A DNA stretch of 64,000 nucleotides from Amoebidium appalachense (Eukaryota > Protista > Ichthyosporea). The notes under the pieces were generated by a model. That model made no database searches, was not told where the DNA came from, and worked only from the letters and a program-made list of their open reading frames with translations. Shown one piece after another: positions 59,677 to 64,000 of the stretch (position 1 is the first letter of the stretch; every line of letters starts with the position of its first letter). Made by a program: the position numbers and the translations under genes. Location: contig CAVNZM010000006.1 in the NCBI GenBank assembly GCA_963693365.1, positions 7,419,264-7,483,263 on the forward strand. Direction: 5' to 3'.

Positions 59677-62600
59677 TGGGGGTTCTTTCATTCCCCCATA
59701 TTCATTTCGTATTTTTCAGGCATGTACTAACATCATACACCGCATACAAAGACACCCACAAACAGATGTGTTGTATCTTGCATCCAGTCCCCCTCCCCCC
59801 CCCTCCCCCCCCCCTCCCCCCACCTTGCCCGCGGGGAAAAAAAAAAAAGAAAGAAAAGAAAAGAAAGAAAGAAGATAAAAGAATCAAACACCCATGCAAT
59901 CCCAGAGTTCAGCGCTGCCTGTTCAATCGACCACCCACAATTTCCCAAATTTCACGCTGACTATCCCTTGATTATCTCAGTGTCGTACGACTACAACCAC
60001 TCGATCCATACAATTTGTCTCGTTTCCAATCACTCTCACCCACAATTTCCCAAATTCCCCAAATTTCGCACTGGCTATTCCATGTATATCCCAGTGTCAT
60101 CTGCATGAATTATCTCGCTCCGAATCACTCTCACCCACATTTTCTCAAATTTCACACTGACTATCCCTTGTATATCCCAGTGTCGTACGACTACAACCAG
60201 TCTATCCGCTTCCCCATCTTCCTGTCGTATGCCGTGTCCATGGTGATGGTGGCCTGTGTGCTTGCGTGGGTCTTCAGCCAGAGGAAGTGGCAGGTTATCA
60301 AACTCGGTATATATCTCCCCCCGCCCTCCCCCTCTTCCCACAAAAAACAAAAGAATAAGATAATAAATAATAAATAAATAAATGAATACAACTAATCCTC
60401 GCCATAATAGGATAAAATAAGGTGAGTTTATAAGGAAGTTAAAGATAAGAAAGAGAAAGTGGCAGGTTATCAACTCGGTGTATCCCCCCCCCCCCCCCCC
60501 CCCCCCCTCCCCTCCCCCTACCACCACCACCACCACCACCACCCACCCACCCACCCACCCACCCATCCAAATAAAAGAAACGAAAACATCTCAATGCAAT
60601 AAATAAGGGGAGACAAAATAGATTAAAATGATTAAGTACCATTCTTTTGCCTGTATCTCCCCATTATTATATTTTCTCTTTATAGTTTCTTATATTCTCT
60701 TTCATGATAAAAACGCTACATCCAACTTCACCACTACATTGTTAAGCAACCCAACTTTGCAACTTTGCAAGGCGTTTTTAATGTTACCCTTTTTTATGGT
60801 CGGCGTGGGGCTCCTTTCAAGTTGAACACCGACTTGAAACTACTATATAACTAAAAGTGACCCACATTTACACTTTTTAACGTGGATTCTTAAATCTTGT
60901 ATCTCCAGCTGTGCACAATCAACTTCATCTGCCTCTACACCAATAAACTAACATTAAACTCTTAACTTTTTAACTTTTCAAAATCCAGCCACGCCCAACT
61001 TCATCTACTTCCTTATCAATAAACTAACGTTAAAATTTAACTTTTTAGCTTTTTAAAATCCAGCCATGCCCAACTTCATCTACCTCTAAACCAATAAACT
61101 AACGCTAAACTTTTAACTTTTTTTTTTTTTTTTAAAAAATCCAGCCACACCCAACTTCATCTACCTTGAGCTATCCGGTGCCATGCTCTCCCTACTCTAC
61201 GGCCTTCTTGCCTACATAACCCCCTCCAAGGCCCTGTGCATTGTTCAAAATTGGCTGGCCGAAATTGGATTTGTGCTCATGTTGGGCACCATGGTCATCA
61301 AAAAATGGCGGTAAGTCTATTGGATCCCCCCTTCCTCCCCCCCCCCTCCCTCTCTATATATTTCATACAAAGCCCCCCCCCTTCCCCCCCCCCCCTCGCC
61401 CCTCGATCTCCCCCTTTCCCCCCCCCCCCCCCCCCCCCCCCCCACCCCGGACCCCTTCTCACTCCCTCCGTTTCTCTCACTCTCGCTCATCCCCCCCCCC
61501 CACCCCCTCCCCCCGTGGTATGGTCTTTCCTTCTCTCCATAGACATTACCGTAAGCCACATCGCGGAATACAATGTAGCATGCTGGATATAGAAAATGGG
61601 CCCGAATCCTCTTTCATCCATAAATATCAGCCCTCTACACATAGTATAAGCCTAACAATGCTGAGCTCAATCTTCCTACTTTCTTTATTGTTTTATAAAA
61701 GCTTTTTTTTTGGGCGCGCAAAAACTTCCCGCCCAAATTTCTATATTTGGCTAATCGTGTGATCGCGCGAAAATAATTGGTCCATACATATTTTTTTATT
61801 CTCCACAATGAAACGACGTTTTTTTCAATGCCAATTGGTCCTTAGCGCGAAGAAAGACCATTGTTTTTGTCTAAGTAGGACTTGGTTTTGTAGCACGCGA
61901 GGCCACCGCCAGCGGCCTTCTGCCGGCCAGTTCGATCAGCGGCGGTCGACGCATTGGGGGGAGACTATGAATTTGAGCTAAACGATTTGATTGGTTAAAA
62001 CTGCTATGAACCTCAAACTTTCAAACTTTCGCTACTATGAAAGGGGTGTGCATCACGGTTCTACTATACGAAAGTTTGCGGCTTCGTCTTGCCCTCAGTA
62101 TATAAAGATATCAAAATATGCGTCTTTGTCTCCTGCGTATTAACTACTAAGCATGTATTGGGTTTTGGCCGCAATGAAAGCTAATAAATAGAAAAAAAGG
62201 TCAATTCATATGTCTTTCCTATGATCGCTATGCTTCAATTTATTCGGTCGATCTGAGCCGCCGGCCGCCGCGGTAAGGTCTAAACCTCCTTTTATTTTTC
62301 CAACTGGTCCCCACTCCTCACACAACCACACACATGCTCCCCCCCCCCCCCCCCCCCAAAAAAAAAAAAAAGAAAAAAAAAAAAAAAAAAAAACCACCCC
62401 CAACCACCAACCCCATCTTTCTCTCGCTCTGTCACTCCCCCCTCCCTCCCCCTCTCCATCCTTCCCTCTGTCCACCTCTCCCTCCTCCCTTTTTTGGCAC
62501 ATAGAATTGTGTTCTTTGTGTTGTATTTTTTTGCCGTGTATCCTGTGCACTTTGAACTCTGCAGTGCCTTGTCACTCATAAATTTGTATTTCATACTCCA

Positions 62601-62823
62601 TTACTCATTCTAACTCCCCCCCCCCCCCCCCCCTTCCCCCTCCCCTTCCCCCCCCTCCCCCCCCCCCCCCCACACACACACACACACTGCTCCCTCGCCT
62701 ACCCACCCTTCCTCCCTCCCCTTAACCCGACCCACCCACCCATCCCCCCCCCCCCCCCCCCCCCACCACGCAACCACCCCCCCACCCATCCACCCCTGCC
62801 CCCGATCCCCTCCTCCGCTCCCA

Positions 62824-62869
<46 letters not shown>

Positions 62870-63334
62870 ACACAGTCTGTTTGTGATCTACGTTATCAAG
62901 AGAAACAGCGAGGTTGCACCCAACTTCAGCGACGATCGTATGATGCGTCATTTCATGATGCTTTTGGCGTTTTTCGCTTTCGTTTTGGGCCTGTGGACTG
63001 CTATGGATGGGATGGGTGTTGCAGTGAGAGAAGAGGACGAAGTGTTCAACCTCGGAGGGGACAACAACACGCTCACTATACGCACACAGTCACTGTATTG
63101 TTCAAAGAGGTAAAGATTCCCCCCTTCCCCTCCTCCCTCCCTCCTCCCCCCTCCCCCTTCCCCCCCCCCTTCAACACTCGGATGGGCTCTGCTTATTGTG
63201 CTCTTTGTGTGCGGTTTGCACTCTACTATTGTACGTTATCGCCGTTATCACCGTTATCACCGTTATCACCAATAAATGGGTTCTTTGTCCATATTCTATG
63301 ACACATTCGTAGCCTCCCTCCCCTCCCTATCTGA

Positions 63335-63382
<48 letters not shown>

Positions 63383-64000
63383 CCACCCGTATTAGCATGT
63401 CACTAATTGAAGGTATGTTAGTGTTAGTTTTCACTGTATTACTGAGGTGTGATTTCTTTCTACATATTCTTAGAAAGCGTGTTAATACCAATGTTTGTAT
63501 TAGTAGGAGTATTATATTTATCCCCCCCCCCCCCCCCCCGAATTACATGATTATGTTCCATGTTCCCCGTTGTGAATGTTTACTTCGCACTTGTGCATGA
63601 TATGGAATCATTGATTTCTTGGCTATAACACATTCTACCCTCCGATCCTCCCCCCTCCCCCCAAAACCATTTCCACCCAACGACCTATTATCGGGCTATT
63701 TATGATGCATGTTGCTATTGTGTGCTTTGCAGAATTTGCCTTGTATAGCGCGTCGCGAACGCGTGTACTTATGTGCCCCTGTGACACATTCTAACCAACC
63801 CTCCTGCCCCCCCCACCCGCCCCCCCCCCCCCCCCCCCCTCCTCTCCCTCCTCCTCCCCCCCCCCTCCCCCCCTTCCCCCCCCCCCCCCCCCCCCCAGTG
63901 TGTGGGTGTACATCCTTCTAGGTCTCGAGACTGCCGTCCTAGTCCTCGGTGTGCTCTTCTCCTTTGCCGTCAGAAAGACACCCTCTGCCTTCCACGAATC
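55346..64000 (+). CDS. Class C (GPR158/GPR179-like) GPCR with dCache-like and Cys-rich/EGF-like ectodomain, paralog B; truncated by the window end
   Basis: Exons 55346-55490 (signal peptide), 56450-56577 ([19 protein letters not shown]...VAFEP), 57490-57708 (FFAPY...[12 protein letters not shown]), 58597-58847 ([23 protein letters not shown]...[17 protein letters not shown]...AYTCCMEG), 59250-59386, 60181-60306 (TM1), 61145-61310 (TM2-3, KKWR), 62876-63109 (TM4), 63899->64000 (TM5, [12 protein letters not shown]). Exon lengths 145/137/126/166/234 equal those of paralog A. Confidence 0.88.
60900..61165 (+). repeat. ~75-bp tandem repeat (about 4 units) reiterating the acceptor and first codons of receptor B exon 7
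   Basis: aaaatccagccaygcccaacttcatctac...caataaactaac...ttaacttttt at ~60905, 60980, 61056 and the real acceptor at 61144. Confidence 0.85.
61700..61800 (-). mobile_element. Dispersed intronic repeat, copy 2 (inverted relative to ~37365-37465)
   Basis: Reverse-complement similarity over ~90 bp with the copy in intron 2 of the phosphotransferase fusion gene. Confidence 0.65.

Overview
Eukaryotic nuclear DNA, probably from a protist (inference). Short exons sit in introns packed with poly-G/poly-C runs and (GT)n/(CA)n microsatellites, so almost all ORF-track entries are low-complexity artefacts. Splicing exons by hand (GT-AG, phase-checked) gives six genes in three head-to-head pairs. Pair 1: an S-adenosylmethionine synthetase (minus, runs off the left edge) that is E. 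coli MetK-like but has a mitochondrial-type presequence, and a single-exon secreted/GPI-type surface protein. Pair 2: a 21-exon NOM1/Sgd1 homologue and a 4-exon fusion of a choline/ethanolamine phosphotransferase with a cytidylyltransferase. Pair 3: two divergent paralogous receptors with signal peptide, dCache-like domain, Cys-rich/EGF-like linker and class C 7TM (GPR158/GPR179-like); the second runs off the right edge. Non-coding patterns include (GT)n after many donors and (CA)n before many acceptors, a degenerate intronic element that follows host-gene orientation and ends in a CTAAC branch-point-like motif, frequent tandem partial-exon duplications, two apparent CG acceptors and a TA-flanked MITE-like hairpin. 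Family assignments come from recognised motifs and remembered reference sequences; no database search was run.
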